DNA of 64,000 nucleotides from Amphiscolops sp. MND2022 (Eukaryota): NCBI GenBank assembly GCA_964187785.1, contig OZ076413.1:37014001-37078000 (forward strand). Reading direction: 5' to 3'. The translations under genes and the position numbers were made by a program. Of the stretch, positions 38,641 through 51,500 are shown in pieces (position 1 is the stretch's first letter; every line of letters begins with the position of its first letter). The notes beneath the pieces are model-generated. The model was not told the origin of the DNA. It made no database searches and saw only the letters and a list, made by a program, of their open reading frames with translations.

Positions 38641-41600
38641 AAACTTTTGAATAGAAACTTTATGAATTGAATTCGTGATTGAACTCAAATCACTCAGAAT
38701 TCAATACTAGTTATCATTGAATCAATACGGAATAACGGAAACATCTAGCAAGTGAAATTGATCCATTGCAATCTTCACAACAAAGTTCTTGAAACCAATT
38801 TTAATATAGGTAAACCAATGACTCACCAAACGCGTAAAATGGTCAAGTTCATTACTGTGCTAGATGTTTAAACATAAACTAAACATGTGTTCATTTTCCA
38901 ACACACCACAGTGTTGAAGTATTGTTAGTTAGATGTATTTGAGACCCTTCAGAGGCGACTTCCTCGGCGTGGGTCTTGTTATGGGCGACACAATGTGTTC
39001 ACCAAACTGAGAGCCTCTTCAAAACTAAATTATACTAGGCAAAAGTATATTTTTTGTTGAGATTTGTAATCTCAGCAGTTATTTGGCCCGACAAAGTTGA
39101 TGGAAAAGTTTCACAAAACAAAACTTGTTGAAGAGAAAGTGGTCACGAATTTACAAATACAATTTCGTGAGTTCATTTTTTCACCGGGTTAACAGTTTTC
39201 TCTTTATGTTAAATGAAAGTAATTTCATTTTTATGTTATTTGAAGCTAAAAGGCTTGAAAACCAAATTTTTGAATAGCTACAGTGATACTAATTATATGC
39301 ATATATACACCACATATACCCACAAGTGAACGACAAGCAGCGCCACTTTCCTTTCACCTACGAAACTGACTTTGACAAAACTCAAGTGCGTAAAAATTTT
39401 GCTTAATGTCATGATCAGTTTGATTAAATCAAAATTAATCAAACTGATCATGACAGTAAGCAAAATTTTGAAACATAAACCTTATGGTTTGGATTTTTGA
39501 GATTACTGAAACATTAACGCATTGGAGTGAAGCATTGTAATAATACAAGCGTGATTGTAAAGCTGTTTAAAATGCAATCGTTACTTAGAACTGTTCAAAA
39601 TATTATACAAATCAATTACAAAACATTATACAATTCAAGTTTTTGATTTCAAAAATTTAAATTATTTTGTATCATGAATAGGCGTTATTCAGAATAATAA
39701 TTTATTCTTAACAACAAAATTCTTAATTGTATAACAAATCATTAGAAACATCATGTAAGTCATCATCAATAAAATCAATTCAACGTTAGGACAAATTACA
39801 AATTAACGATTTAAAAATCGTGAAAAATATCAGTATGTTAGTTACACAATACAGTTAGTTATGCAATACAGTCAGAGAAACGAAAGATAAGTTTGTGTGA
39901 GTTTAAGTTTGTTTGCAATGCAACGGCATGTAGGGGGAGGTGGCGTAGTTGAAATTTCCCTTGTGTATGAAGTGAAACTAGCACCGTTGTCTACCGCCGG
40001 ATCGATCCATTCACATACACACTCCTCGGCGACTCTATACAGACCACTCTGTATTACCACTTCACAGCGATCGGAAGGCATAATTAGAAGTCATAATTGA
40101 AGGTCCAATTAACTGCGCTACTGCATCCCTTTTTGATATGAAAAAAAATCCGTTGCTGATTGTTGGTATTCACAACGATAGGAAGGCACAATTGAAACTC
40201 CGTCCCTTTCTGATTTGAAAAAAGAATGAATCAGTTGTTGATTGTTGTTATCACAGCAATACGAAGGCACAATTGAAGATCCACTGCATCCCGTTTTGAT
40301 GTGAAAAAAAAAGATGAATCAGTTGTTGATTGTTGAGCGAAGAAATGATTTTTGATCACTGTATAATCAGATTGAATTTGTGCAACTCGTTAAACCTGGC
40401 AACGTAATATTTTACATGTATTAACACGCGTGTGTTGATACAATATTGGAAACAAAAGTTCACTTCAATGCTTGATGTTTTAGTTAATGCCAGTATTGAA
40501 CATCAACATAATATCAGTATTGAAAGCTAGTTTGTATCGAATTCTAAGTGATTTGAATTCAAAATGAAGTTGGCAAGATTAGATTTGATTACTGGTAAGA
40601 TCTGCGAATAAACTCACATTTAATCATCTGAATTCAAATTGAATCTGATCATACCAGTACTCAAAGTTCATTCAATCATCATTTGAATGTGAATTTTCAC
40701 AATGACAAAACCTGACCATGCCAGTAAACAAAATTCATAAAACTTGAATTTATTTCAATTATTGAATTTAGGTTTAAAATGTTCATTCCATATGAATTCA
40801 TTTCATGTGAAATTCACCCATTCATTTTTATCTGAATTTATCCGAGACTTAGTAAGATCGAAAATTGGACATCAAAAGGGATGCAGTGGCGCAGTGATCC
40901 TTCGATATGGGCTCTTCCTATCGTCGTTAAGAGGAACAACAACGATGTCTTTTGATATGAAGCGAGTCTTCATGAGGGTTGTCTGCATAGAATCGCCTAG
41001 CCAGTGGGTTGTTGGCAGGGATCGATCCGGAGGTACTATTAAACACGTTTAGCTTCAAATACCCAAGGGAATTATCAACTGCGCCACCATCCCCATTATG
41101 CTGAGGCATAGGACACATATAAATACTTTTGGAAATCTATACCAATCTATTGAAAAATATATACTGAATTAGCAATCAGTGAATATTGATTGAATTAGAG
41201 TCAAAAGAAAACATTTTGAGCCCATTACAATCAGTGATGTAAAAAAAATATTGTATTGAAATATATTGACAATAAATAAATAAAATATAGTTATTTGTGG
41301 TTTTGTACGATGCAATAAATTTATTTTTTGATCCAATGTATTTGTGTTTTCGGTCAATATATTCTATAATGTTATTAAATATTCGGATTTAGTTACTAGT
41401 CGTGTAGAAAAACCATTTCAGGAAGTTTCGTTAAAATTATTCAGGGTTTCTTTTAATTTCAAATGTATTACATATTGTTTTATATGAAAAAAAAATACCA
41501 ATAAATGCTATTAAAATTGTTGACAATGTTAAAAAATGTAAAGAAAAATGTAGACTCAAAAAATGATTGCATTTTAATTGTGAACAGCCCTGTTTGTGAT

Positions 41601-42271
41601 GCTTAATTTGAATCTGATTTTATTCGCAGATCATACCAGTAATCAAATCATGGCAGTTAACAAAAGTAAAACATTTCTTTCATCTGGCTTGATAATTGTT
41701 TTTTCTCGTGATGGTAGTTGACTTAGTTTGGGAATTAATCAAAAGCCACAATTCACCAAATTGACAATCGGTTTAAATACGCAACTTTAACGTCGAACTT
41801 CAAATTGTTATAAGAAACTAATCTGAGATGACGAAATACGATTTTTTGATGGATTCCCAAATTACTTAAGGGATCTTTTCTAATAATTACAACCCCCCTC
41901 CCCCCCCGCAGAAATTTTAATTCCCCACCATCATCGTAATGATTATAAGGGATAAGTTTCAGTTGCAGTAAGAGTTAGAAATACTGCAATTTGAATGGTT
42001 GTTAGTATCAAATCAAAAATAACTCCTCTTAACCGCTTAACTTTATCAAAATACTGGGGGAATTAACAGAAGATCCAACATAAGAGCAAACTTCATAACA
42101 TAAGAGAAACCAATTTCATATTTATATTATTCGAAACTAATTTTGTTTTTATGTTATTTGCTCTCATGTTATTCGGGAATTCACCTTCTGAAATTAGAGT
42201 CTAATTTTGATTTCTGCATGTAGTGGTTTCTGTTTACTGAATGGACACCGTATTGGCTACATCGCGAAAGC

Positions 42272-42480
42272 TACACGTTATTCAAGCTCGCTTAACTTGT
42301 TTACTTTGTGCTATGGTAACCGTTTTGCGAGGACGATTCAAATCGTAGAATATTAAAGCGTCGAAAACAGTTTACACGTTATTCAAGCTCGCTTAATTTG
42401 TTTACCTTGATGCTATGGTAACCGTTTTGCGAGGACGATTCAAATCGTAGAATATTTAAAGCGTCGAAAACAGTTTACAC
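42272..42480 (+). repeat. Tandem duplication, ~101-bp unit x2
   Basis: TACACGTTATTCAAGCTCGCTTAA at 42272 and 42373. Confidence 0.95.
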
Positions 42481-43707
42481 GCAGTCACGTGGCTAAAAAT
42501 GCATAAAATAAGCCAATCAAATGCCAGTTCAATACAGCAAGTACGTGTTCGACGTTTTCAGTTTGCACCTTGTTTTGATTCACTGTAATTACACTGTAAT
42601 TGTTAGCTTCAATAAAATCCGTAACTTTTTGAATCCAATTTGGTTCAGAGCCCAATTGAGTTTTTCGTTGCTGAACTTCAATTTATCCAGACCGACGATC
42701 AGTTTTATCCAAGGCACAACCAAAAAGGAAGACAGGTTTGAGTTTTGAGGTTTTTTTGGTGAATTCCCATATAACATAAGAGCATTTGGCAAATAACAAG
42801 TTGAAATTAGTTTCAAATGACATAAAAACGAAGTCATTTCATTTTTATGTCATTTGAAACTAATTCCAATTTTCTAAACTTCTATATAAACAAAAACTTC
42901 TCATAAACAATTTTATTTTTTATGATGAGTTTCACTTAACAAAAATAAAATTGTTTACGAGAAAATTTAAGTGGTCAAAAGAGTTCAAAATACAAAAGAT
43001 TCTGTGAGGCAATTACAGATGAAATTTTCTGATGTCGATTGTTTAACCGTGTTTTTGGTTTTTTGTTATTTGAAACTAATTTCAATTTTATGTTATTTGA
43101 AACTAATTTTGTTTCTGTTATTTGCTCTTATGCTATTTGGTACGTAATCATTTTGTTGTTTTTCATTTTTGGTTTTTGTATATTATGATCATGCCAGTAC
43201 ACAAAATTAGGACCATGTCATTTTTCCCCCAAAAAGCGGCGGGGGTAATAAGACAATACCATTACGTCGACATCGTTTGCGTTGAAAGTTTGATCCAATA
43301 TAATAATTGACAGAATCCTGCAAGGTGTACCTGGTGGAAAATAGATGACATGGTCCCAAAATTACTATAATTGTTGTCATGCCAGTAAACAAATTTATAC
43401 TTGTCTGATCATTCCAGTAAACAAAACTTGAGTGTAATTATTCCATCGATCCTATCATATTTATCCAATTAGGTCATGGATTTTTGCATACATCTTTCGT
43501 GGGCCATTTTTCTCGGGACCATTTATCTTCTCGGAATGTAGGGGGAACATCGTTGGAATTAGAATGTTCAAGAACACAAGTTTCACATAATTTGCTTTCC
43601 AGTCAGATATTGTGGGTTTTTGCTTGAACATGTCAAACTGAAATATAAAATGTTTGGATGGAACGTCATGTCAAAAGGTGACCATGTAAAAAAATTGTAG
43701 GTCTGAG

Positions 43708-44148
43708 CAGGGCTGTTCAAAAATGAATTGTCATAACAATAATTGTCATTTTTTCTACTGGTACCAGAAAATGTGACAATTGGAAAAAATTGCAATAAAA
43801 ATTGTCGCATGTATATAAATGTAACATTTTGTTCCTGCGTCTCTGTGTAATTCATTCGCCGGTTTTTGAAACAGCGCTGAGAAAGTATCAGAACGGAGAG
43901 GAAATTTCAAGTCTGGAAAAGGATATTCTTCAGAAAATCCAGGCTACCACACCATCTTGAAAGTCAAATTTTCTAGGCAGTCAACCGGGACTTTCTGTTT
44001 TTCTTTTAATTTCAAATGTTTTACTTATATTGTTTTATATAAGAAAAAATGAAACAATAATTGCAATTATAATTGTTGGCAATGTTAAAAAATATAAATA
44101 AAATTGTAGACTCAAAAAATGATTGCATTTTAATTGTGAACAACCCTG
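43708..44148. mobile_element. hAT-type MITE (441 bp) inserted in the 34-bp array; partial copy at ~41443-41590
   Basis: TIRs CAGGGCTGTTCA / TGAACAACCCTG (11/12 match). 8-bp TSD GGTCTGAG at 43700-43707 and 44149-44156. Confidence 0.9.
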
Positions 44149-44680
44149 GGTCTGAGTGACCATGTCAAAAAAGAAATTTGTATGTCTGAGTGACCATGTC
44201 AAAAAAATTGTAGGTCTGAGTGACCATGTCAAAAAAAATGTATCTCTGAGTGACCATGTCAAAGATATTTCTAGGTCTGAGTGGCCTTGTCAAAAAAGAA
44301 ATTTGTAGGTCTGAATGACCTTGTCAAAAACGAAATTTGTAGGTCTGAGTGACCATGTCAAAAAAGAAATTTGTAGGTCTGAGTGACCATGTCAAAAAAG
44401 AAACTTGTAGGTCTGAGTGACCGTGTCAAAAAAGAAATTCGTAGGTCTGAGTGACCTTGTCAAAAAGATATTTGTAGGTCTTTGTGACCATGTCAAAAAA
44501 AATTGTAGGTCTGAGTGACCATGTCAAAAAAGAAGTTTGTAGGTCTTAGTGACCATGTCAAAAAAGATATATGTAGGTCTGAGTGACCATGTCAAAAAAG
44601 AAATATGTAGGTCGGAGTGACCATGTCCAAAAAATTGTAGGTCTGAGTGACCATGTCACAATCAAAAGGGGATCTGAGTG
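44149..44680 (+). repeat. Tandem array, ~30-34-bp unit GACCATGTCAAAAAAGAAATTTGTAGGTCTGAGT, ~16 copies
   Basis: Directly visible head-to-tail units without spacers. Confidence 0.95.
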
Positions 44681-44703
44681 ACAAGGTGGAAGTGGGGGTC
44701 TCA

Positions 44704-47700
44704 TTATTCGACGCTATTGAATTTCCTTTTCAATGCTTTCTGGGCGGTTTTATACTTCCTGATTGCGGTATGGTATGTTATCGATCCAGCCCTGAGAGGT
44801 TGTGATTGTCTTTGTAATTGCGGCGCGATGTTCTGAAAACGTATTTTTCTCAATTTAGCCCTTGCTGTGGCATCCAGTTCAGAAGTGTATTCTTTGGGAT
44901 CCATCAACATGTTTCTCTTCACACATTCAGTAATGAATTCTGCTTTCAAGTAAATCCAATTGCCCAGGGTGGTATGATACACCGCTTTGGTAACAAGTGT
45001 CTCCTTCGTGCCGGGCGTGTTTTTTACCAAAGTATCTATGCACTTGCTATTCGGGAGAACACAGTAATGGTGGCTCAGGAAACTTAACTTGCTTCAATTA
45101 ATGGTGTCTGTATTGCTCAGAACGTTGCCAGCAGTTTCCAAAATCTTCCTCTCCAAGCTTCCTTGAGTTTCTTTCAAATGCCCATATGTTCCGAGAACAA
45201 CAAAGTTCATGCATCTGAAAATATCGCTCGTCCTTCCGATGTCAAGAGAGGGCACATCAATCGACTCTTGGCAAATCTGTAGATACATCTTGGCTAATTG
45301 GTCGGGGCACTGTTGAAGCAACTTCGACTTTGACGACGACAAATCAATGGCTCGAAAGAGAAAATTGTATGTCAAGATAATTTGACGACATATTCCAAGC
45401 ATCGTTCTCGTCGTCACGCATCGTTCTCGAATTGTAATCTTTGCTGGCTGTATGGTGACTCTTTTCTGTGCCTTCGGTCATGTAATTAAATGGGGCTAAA
45501 ATCTCTCCCTCTTCGAATATCCTCAGCAGCATGTCGATCTTCAGCTTGTACGGAGTCAAGGCACGATCCCCAAATAAACATATGGTACTTTGATAATATG
45601 TCTCGTAAAGGTCTTTACAACTTTGGAGATCAGCCAACTCCCGTTGTCGCGATAGCTCCAGCAATTGGTACAGCGATTGAAATTGCAGATCGGCCAATTT
45701 CCGTTGTCAAATACCAATGCCTCTCGGAAACGATGTTTCTAAACCGTCCACCAAAGAGATCAGTACATTATATGGTGTATTTTCATTCGCCTGATCAGCC
45801 CGGTAAACATGTGCCTCTTCGAATGAATATACACCTTCGAATATAGGAATATCCATTCGTCGATATTCGCTCGTCCGTGTACAGTCCGAGATGATGACTT
45901 CAGCGTCTCGAAAGCTCAGAGAAACAGCCTTACAAAGCTTATCAACTATTTCAAACCTGAAACGAGGCGGCTTTACATTTCTTTGTGTAATATTACATTC
46001 TAATTTCGATATCGCAAGCATGTTAGATAGGATCAGTGAATCGACGTGTAGCTTCAGATCACTTTCGACAGATCGAGCAATCATGTGAAGAACATCAGTG
46101 CACGTGTTGAATGTGGACTTCAAAAACATAAGCGATTCTTTTGGAATTTGTTCGTTGATATCAATAGTCAGCACAGTTCGTCTCCCAGTGAAATGATCAA
46201 CCGTGGAAGGAAGAACCGCACCCTTCCCTTCCTTCTCCTTCTTGTGTGCTTCACTGTTTTTTTCACTTGCTGCTTTGGGACAATTTGCGACAAAATGGGA
46301 GGATCAGGAACATACAGGCACATTTTCGAAAGGCATGAAACGTCACTACTGACTCCTTTCTGTAATCTCAGCTGGAAAGGCGAATCACCCGAACAACTCA
46401 AAATGGCTCCTTCTTCATGCAATGCTTTGGTTTCATTGTATAACTACCCAATGTGTCCTAATACGTTCGCCATTATCAGGTTATACTCTAAATTGACTCG
46501 TACATCTTTCCCCTGTGAAAACATACACCACATGGAAGATCATGCCAGTAGGCAAAATTAAAGAAACATAAAACTTTTGGAAGATCAAGCCAGTAAGTAA
46601 AATGAAAACAAAACGTAAACCACATGGAAGATGACGTCAGTTAGCAAAATTGTAAGAAATATATTCACATTGAAGATCAAATCAGAAAGCAAAATTGGAA
46701 AACATATAAGCCAAAAACTTACGTCGAAAACTGCGAAAGTGAAAACATGCGTCGAAGATTGTTCAGTTTCGATTCCAGTATCTAAGAAACGGAAGGCCAT
46801 TCTCACGACATCTCGTTTGCCTCGTGACATTGCATCACCATAAGTGTCGATTCGCAATCCTGAGATTTCTTTCCATAGACATGAAGGGCAAAAAATTCAC
46901 AAAGTTCACAAGGTTTACACGGAAGCCGGTATGCGTTCTCGATGGTTCAAGCATAGTTCCGAATAAATCATTCATCTGTCTATTGATGATTGAAAGTTCG
47001 AGTCGTGATGGCAATATCGTCGCTTTCACGAATGGGGACTTGAGTAACTGGCGTATCTTCACGAGAAGGTCCTGAGGATTGTTCAACATAAGGAGGCATT
47101 GGATATCGATTTGTGTTTCGTCTCTATCTTTACTGAAAAGATTTGGAAGTAGCATTCCGAGGAGTCGACAGACAATGGTATTCTTTCGTTTTGAAACATC
47201 TTTTTGTTTGTAGAGATAGTCTCTCAAACTCAGAGCGAACTGATTCAGGGATTCGGCTGACTCTGTCAAAAGTTTAAATAAATTAGACAAGAACTGTGAC
47301 TTCGCCGACTTCTCATAAGCAAGCCTGAACTGGCGATACTCGATTGATATGGCATCGTTTGTCAGAGCATTTGATGTGTTTGGAACCGTGTCACCTCAAG
47401 TTGATTGAATTGATAAGTTTGTCGATAAGTCGGCTGGGGCATCGGGTGCGTTCAGGATCGATACATCAACAGTCTTCAATTCTTGTGCGTCGATGCAAGC
47501 AAGGGGCAAAGTTGGATAGAAATGTCTCAAAAATTGTAGTCTTTCGGGAGACCAAGGAAGTGCACGGTGGGGCATATATCATCATGAGATCAAATATATC
47601 TTCTCGCAGTGCAGCAGATCGTTCGGACTTGATCCCTTTAGGCTTATAGACATCGTTGATCTGGACTTTTGACCCGTTGAAATGGTTCTCGATGTATGTT

Positions 47701-47843
47701 TTGATCTTTCGTGGGCCATTTTTCTCGAGACCATTTTTCTTCTCGGGATGTCGGGGGAACATCGTTGGAAAGAGAACGTTCAGGAAGACAAGCTTCACAT
47801 AATTTGCTTTCCCGTCAGAGATGGTGGGTTTTTGCTTGAACAT
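44704..47843 (-). pseudogene. Tpase-1: RAG1-core/Transib-related DDE transposase with C-terminal BRCT; one 210-nt intron
   Basis: IDTYGDA..VVRMAFRFL; FD|GKD; CSGDSPFQLRL; DVLHMIARSVESDLK; LTPYKLK; TEGTEKSHH. BRCT: IFRCMNFVVLG...LERKILETAGNVL...YLKAEFITECVKRNMLMDPKEY. Stops and frameshifts present. Confidence 0.75.
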
Positions 47844-47869
47844 GTCAAACTAAAATTTAAAACATTGGG

Positions 47870-48330
47870 ATGAAACGTCATGTCAAAAAAGTGACAATGT
47901 CAAAAAAGAGATTTGCAGTGCTGAGTATAGGATATTTCAAAAAATATATATTTGTAGGTTGCAGCGACCATGTCAAAAACAAATTTGTAGGTCTGAGTGA
48001 CTATGTCAAAGCAGGACTTTGTACTACCTAGTACTACATAGGTCTGAGTGACCCTGTCAAAAAAGAGTAGGTCTGAGTGACAATGTCAAAAAAGAAATTT
48101 GTAGTGCTGAGTGACCATTTCAAAAAAAATATATTTGTAGGTTGGAGTGACCACGGCAAAAACAAAATTTGTAGGTCTGCGTGACCATGTCAAAAAAGAC
48201 TTTGTACTACCTAGTAGGTCTGAGCGACCCTGTCAAAAAAGTGTAGGTCTGAGTGATTTACATGATGAGTGACCAAATGATTTCAAAAAAAAGTTTGTCA
48301 CAAGACCTAGTAGGTCTGAGATTTAATAAA
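47870..48330 (+). repeat. Second, more degenerate 34-bp-unit array, immediately 5' of Tpase-1
   Basis: Same GTAGGTCTGAGTGACCATGTCAAAAA motif, about 11 copies. Confidence 0.9.
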
Positions 48331-48524
48331 TTGGCGAATCGTCAAAAATGGTAGAGTCGTTGCACAATGGTGGGAAGGTTTCTTGGGACTCAGGTAATAG
48401 GACGTGCTCAACGGTCGGTGGTCGGATACAGCCTCAGAGGATGGTGGGTCAGAGAATGGCGTATTAGATTCAGGGTCAGAGGTTGGAAGTCAGAGGTTGG
48501 CGGATTAGAGGTTGGTGGGTCGGA

Positions 48525-51500
48525 TTACACAGTAACAGCAGTAGGTCTCGAACAAAATTCGCCTTTGCATTTTGGGTCTTTGTAATTGAAGCATATTTCT
48601 TCCAACGCGTCTATGTCTCTCTTTGCGATGGAAAAAAAGAGCGTTCTTTCCGTTTATCACCATGCGCTTCTTTCGTACATTGCATTGTGGGCGATTATCT
48701 GGTCTATAATTTAAAAGTCTTCCGAATGTTCTTCGTCCAGGGTGGCATTCACAAGTGTCTGAAGTTGCATCAAATACTATGTCGCCACAGTGTAGAATAT
48801 ATTGCGTGTGTTCACGTTGGTACATTACGGACTGTGTGATGATCACATCTGTGTGATAGTCACAGACAACTTTGCGTTTGTTGATTGGGGTCGTTGCTAC
48901 TACGCCTCGTCCAGAAGCACCATTGTCGAAAACGATCTTCTCGCATATCTGAAGGAACGGCTAATGCTGACTTGCCACGAATTCAGTCACTTTCTGCATG
49001 TTGGCGATAGCAGATGTGAAACTGCAGAAGAACATGTTGTGTCCTCTACTGTGTGAATGAGGAGTCGTGTCCTCAGTCGGAGTGTGGCGCGTCGATCTTC
49101 TGTTTTCGGAAACAGGGGCTGGTTTCCATAGAGCGAGTGTGCTATCTACAATCCTCGCATGATCGGCCCAACCACGGCTTCGCACATTGTTCACAACAGT
49201 GGTTTTGGAAGGAGCTGTAGATCCAGCCAAAACTTGCAACATCTTTTGGACACGTAATTGTACAATTTCGTAACGCAAATGATCGTTGATTTTTTCCCCC
49301 AGCTCTTGCGCTACAGCCTTGTCCATAGACGTGTTTTCCATGATCGTTTTGCGACAGTGAGCAGGCGTCGGGACCTTTTCATCGACGTTCGTTGGGTGTC
49401 GGAAGTACTTTTTCACCTAGAAAATCTTAGATGTGAAAATCATTGGTCAATCATAATTTGATGATCTGATCATGCCAGTAAACAAAATTAAATCAAAAAT
49501 TTTTCACTAACAAATCAAAAACGTTTGATAAGTTTGTATTGTCTCATGTTTCGAAAACAAGATAATATTGAGTTGCATATAGAAACAGTGAGTTGTGAAA
49601 ATCATTGGTTAATCATACATTGATGATCTGATCATGCCAGTAAACAAAATTATTTCAAAAACATTTTTACTAACAAGTCAACGTTTGATAACGCTTGATA
49701 ATTTTCTATTGTCTCTTGTTGTGAAAACACAAAAATTTACCCCATTAAAACTTCCAACAAAATCGGAATCCGAATAGAAAACTCGTTTCTTGGAAGTCGG
49801 CGACATGGTCATCATCTCGTTCTGTGAAATGCGCGCCTTCTTCAAGTTGACGGTCGGGTCATCAATTGTGCTTGGGCGAGGGTTCTCGTCATCGTCGTTT
49901 ATCCTTTCCTCATCAGGGCCAGCAACAATTGCTTTCCGTTTCTTTTTGTGAGTTGCATTCATCTTGCTTTGAAGTTTTCGCAGACTCTTGAAACATTCAA
50001 TTGTTTACTGCCCTGTGAGTTGTAGAAGAAGGACTGGGTTCTTTCTTTGAAATCTGCGGCAATTGTTGCAACGTCAAAACTTTCATTCAGGACTCTCAGT
50101 GCAACAATCTAAACTGGTCTGATACGTTTGAAAAAAAAATGTCAAAACACTTTTCTCGAATTTGGTAAACCTGAGGGCAGTTCTATATTTGTACTTGCTC
50201 CCGTCTTCAACGGCAACCACGAAGCTGCCACTGCCATTTTCGTTGAAATTCACAAAAGCATAGACAGTGAATTGCTTCAGAAGGCGCGAGGGGTAGCTAT
50301 TGATGTAGCACCACATTATCATTAGGCATTGGAAGACCGGCAGAGAATCCTCTTTTGGGGGCGTCTTGTCGCAGTCAACCAGATGCTGAATGTGGGCGCG
50401 ACCTTCAGCCCACTTTTTCATCGCCTGGGATCACTCATCACTTGGCGGCATTGCTGGTGGTAATTTGGAAGGGGTACCTCGGTTGACCCTCTTACTAGCA
50501 TCTTGGCTGTCTTGGCAAGATCTTGCCAAATTCTTACTACATCTTGGCAACCATGGATACCATGGCAAGATTCTTATTAAGATCTTACCAAGATAATATT
50601 AAAATTACTAAGACAAAACATATTCCAAAATCGTATCTTATCACGATGAACAAAATTTTAAGATTATAAAAAAAACACTATACGTTCGGTACAAGCAGCC
50701 GAGACTCAATCTAAGGGCTCATTTCACCCAACAACGACTATTTCTACTCGTTTTCATAATCAAAATGCTTAAACCTGCTGAAAAAATTTTGCATGCAAAA
50801 ATGCGTGAAAAATTACGATAACTGCTCACCTGTTTAGGACTGAGAAATGCGAATGTACCAAATAGATGGTCATTTCAAGGGCTTTCCAAAACTTGTAATT
50901 TATCACTCCTGTCGGTTCCAGATACGGAGAAATATTCTCTCAAACGTCCAGACCCACTATCGGAAAGTTACCCGGAAGTTTCGGAAAGGAAAGACCATAA
51001 ATCCGGAAATTTTTGTGATAATCATATTTCCAGCTTTCTTTGAGCCTGATTCAGCAGCCTTATCACTGCTAGAAACGACGTTCATTGCACTAATTTGGGT
51101 AATGATTCAGCTCAAGGCTTTTTGACGCCGTTGTTGGCGACAGTTTTGCAATTGAAAGAACAATTTAACCAGCGTCTTCCTAAATATATATCTCTCAACC
51201 AAATTTTATACATTGCTAACAGAAATTTTAATGTCTAACAACTGCAGAAATGTTGGTTTTTGCTGACTTCCTTTCAGATTTTTTTCTTTCCAAATAGGAT
51301 TTTACAATAAAAGTTTTCTTGGGAAAATGGCTCTCTTGATAAGATTTTACCATGACATCTTGCAATTCTTGCCAATATCTTGTCAAGATCTTAGCTAAGA
51401 TTTTTCCAAGATCTTGGCAAGATCTTGCCAAGATCTTACTAAGATATCCATGGAGGGTCGACCCGGGTAGGCATCTGACAGCAAGCTGCACCCGGAAATA

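Noticed and set aside
38250-38930. CACAGTG heptamers (~38254, ~38907; also ~48786) as RSS-like termini of the RAG1-like elements
   Set aside because: No ACAAAAACC-like nonamer at 12/23 spacing, no inverted partner or TSD, and one lies inside coding sequence.
44149-44680. CRISPR array
   Set aside because: Units are contiguous with no unique spacers, there are no cas genes, and the context is eukaryotic.
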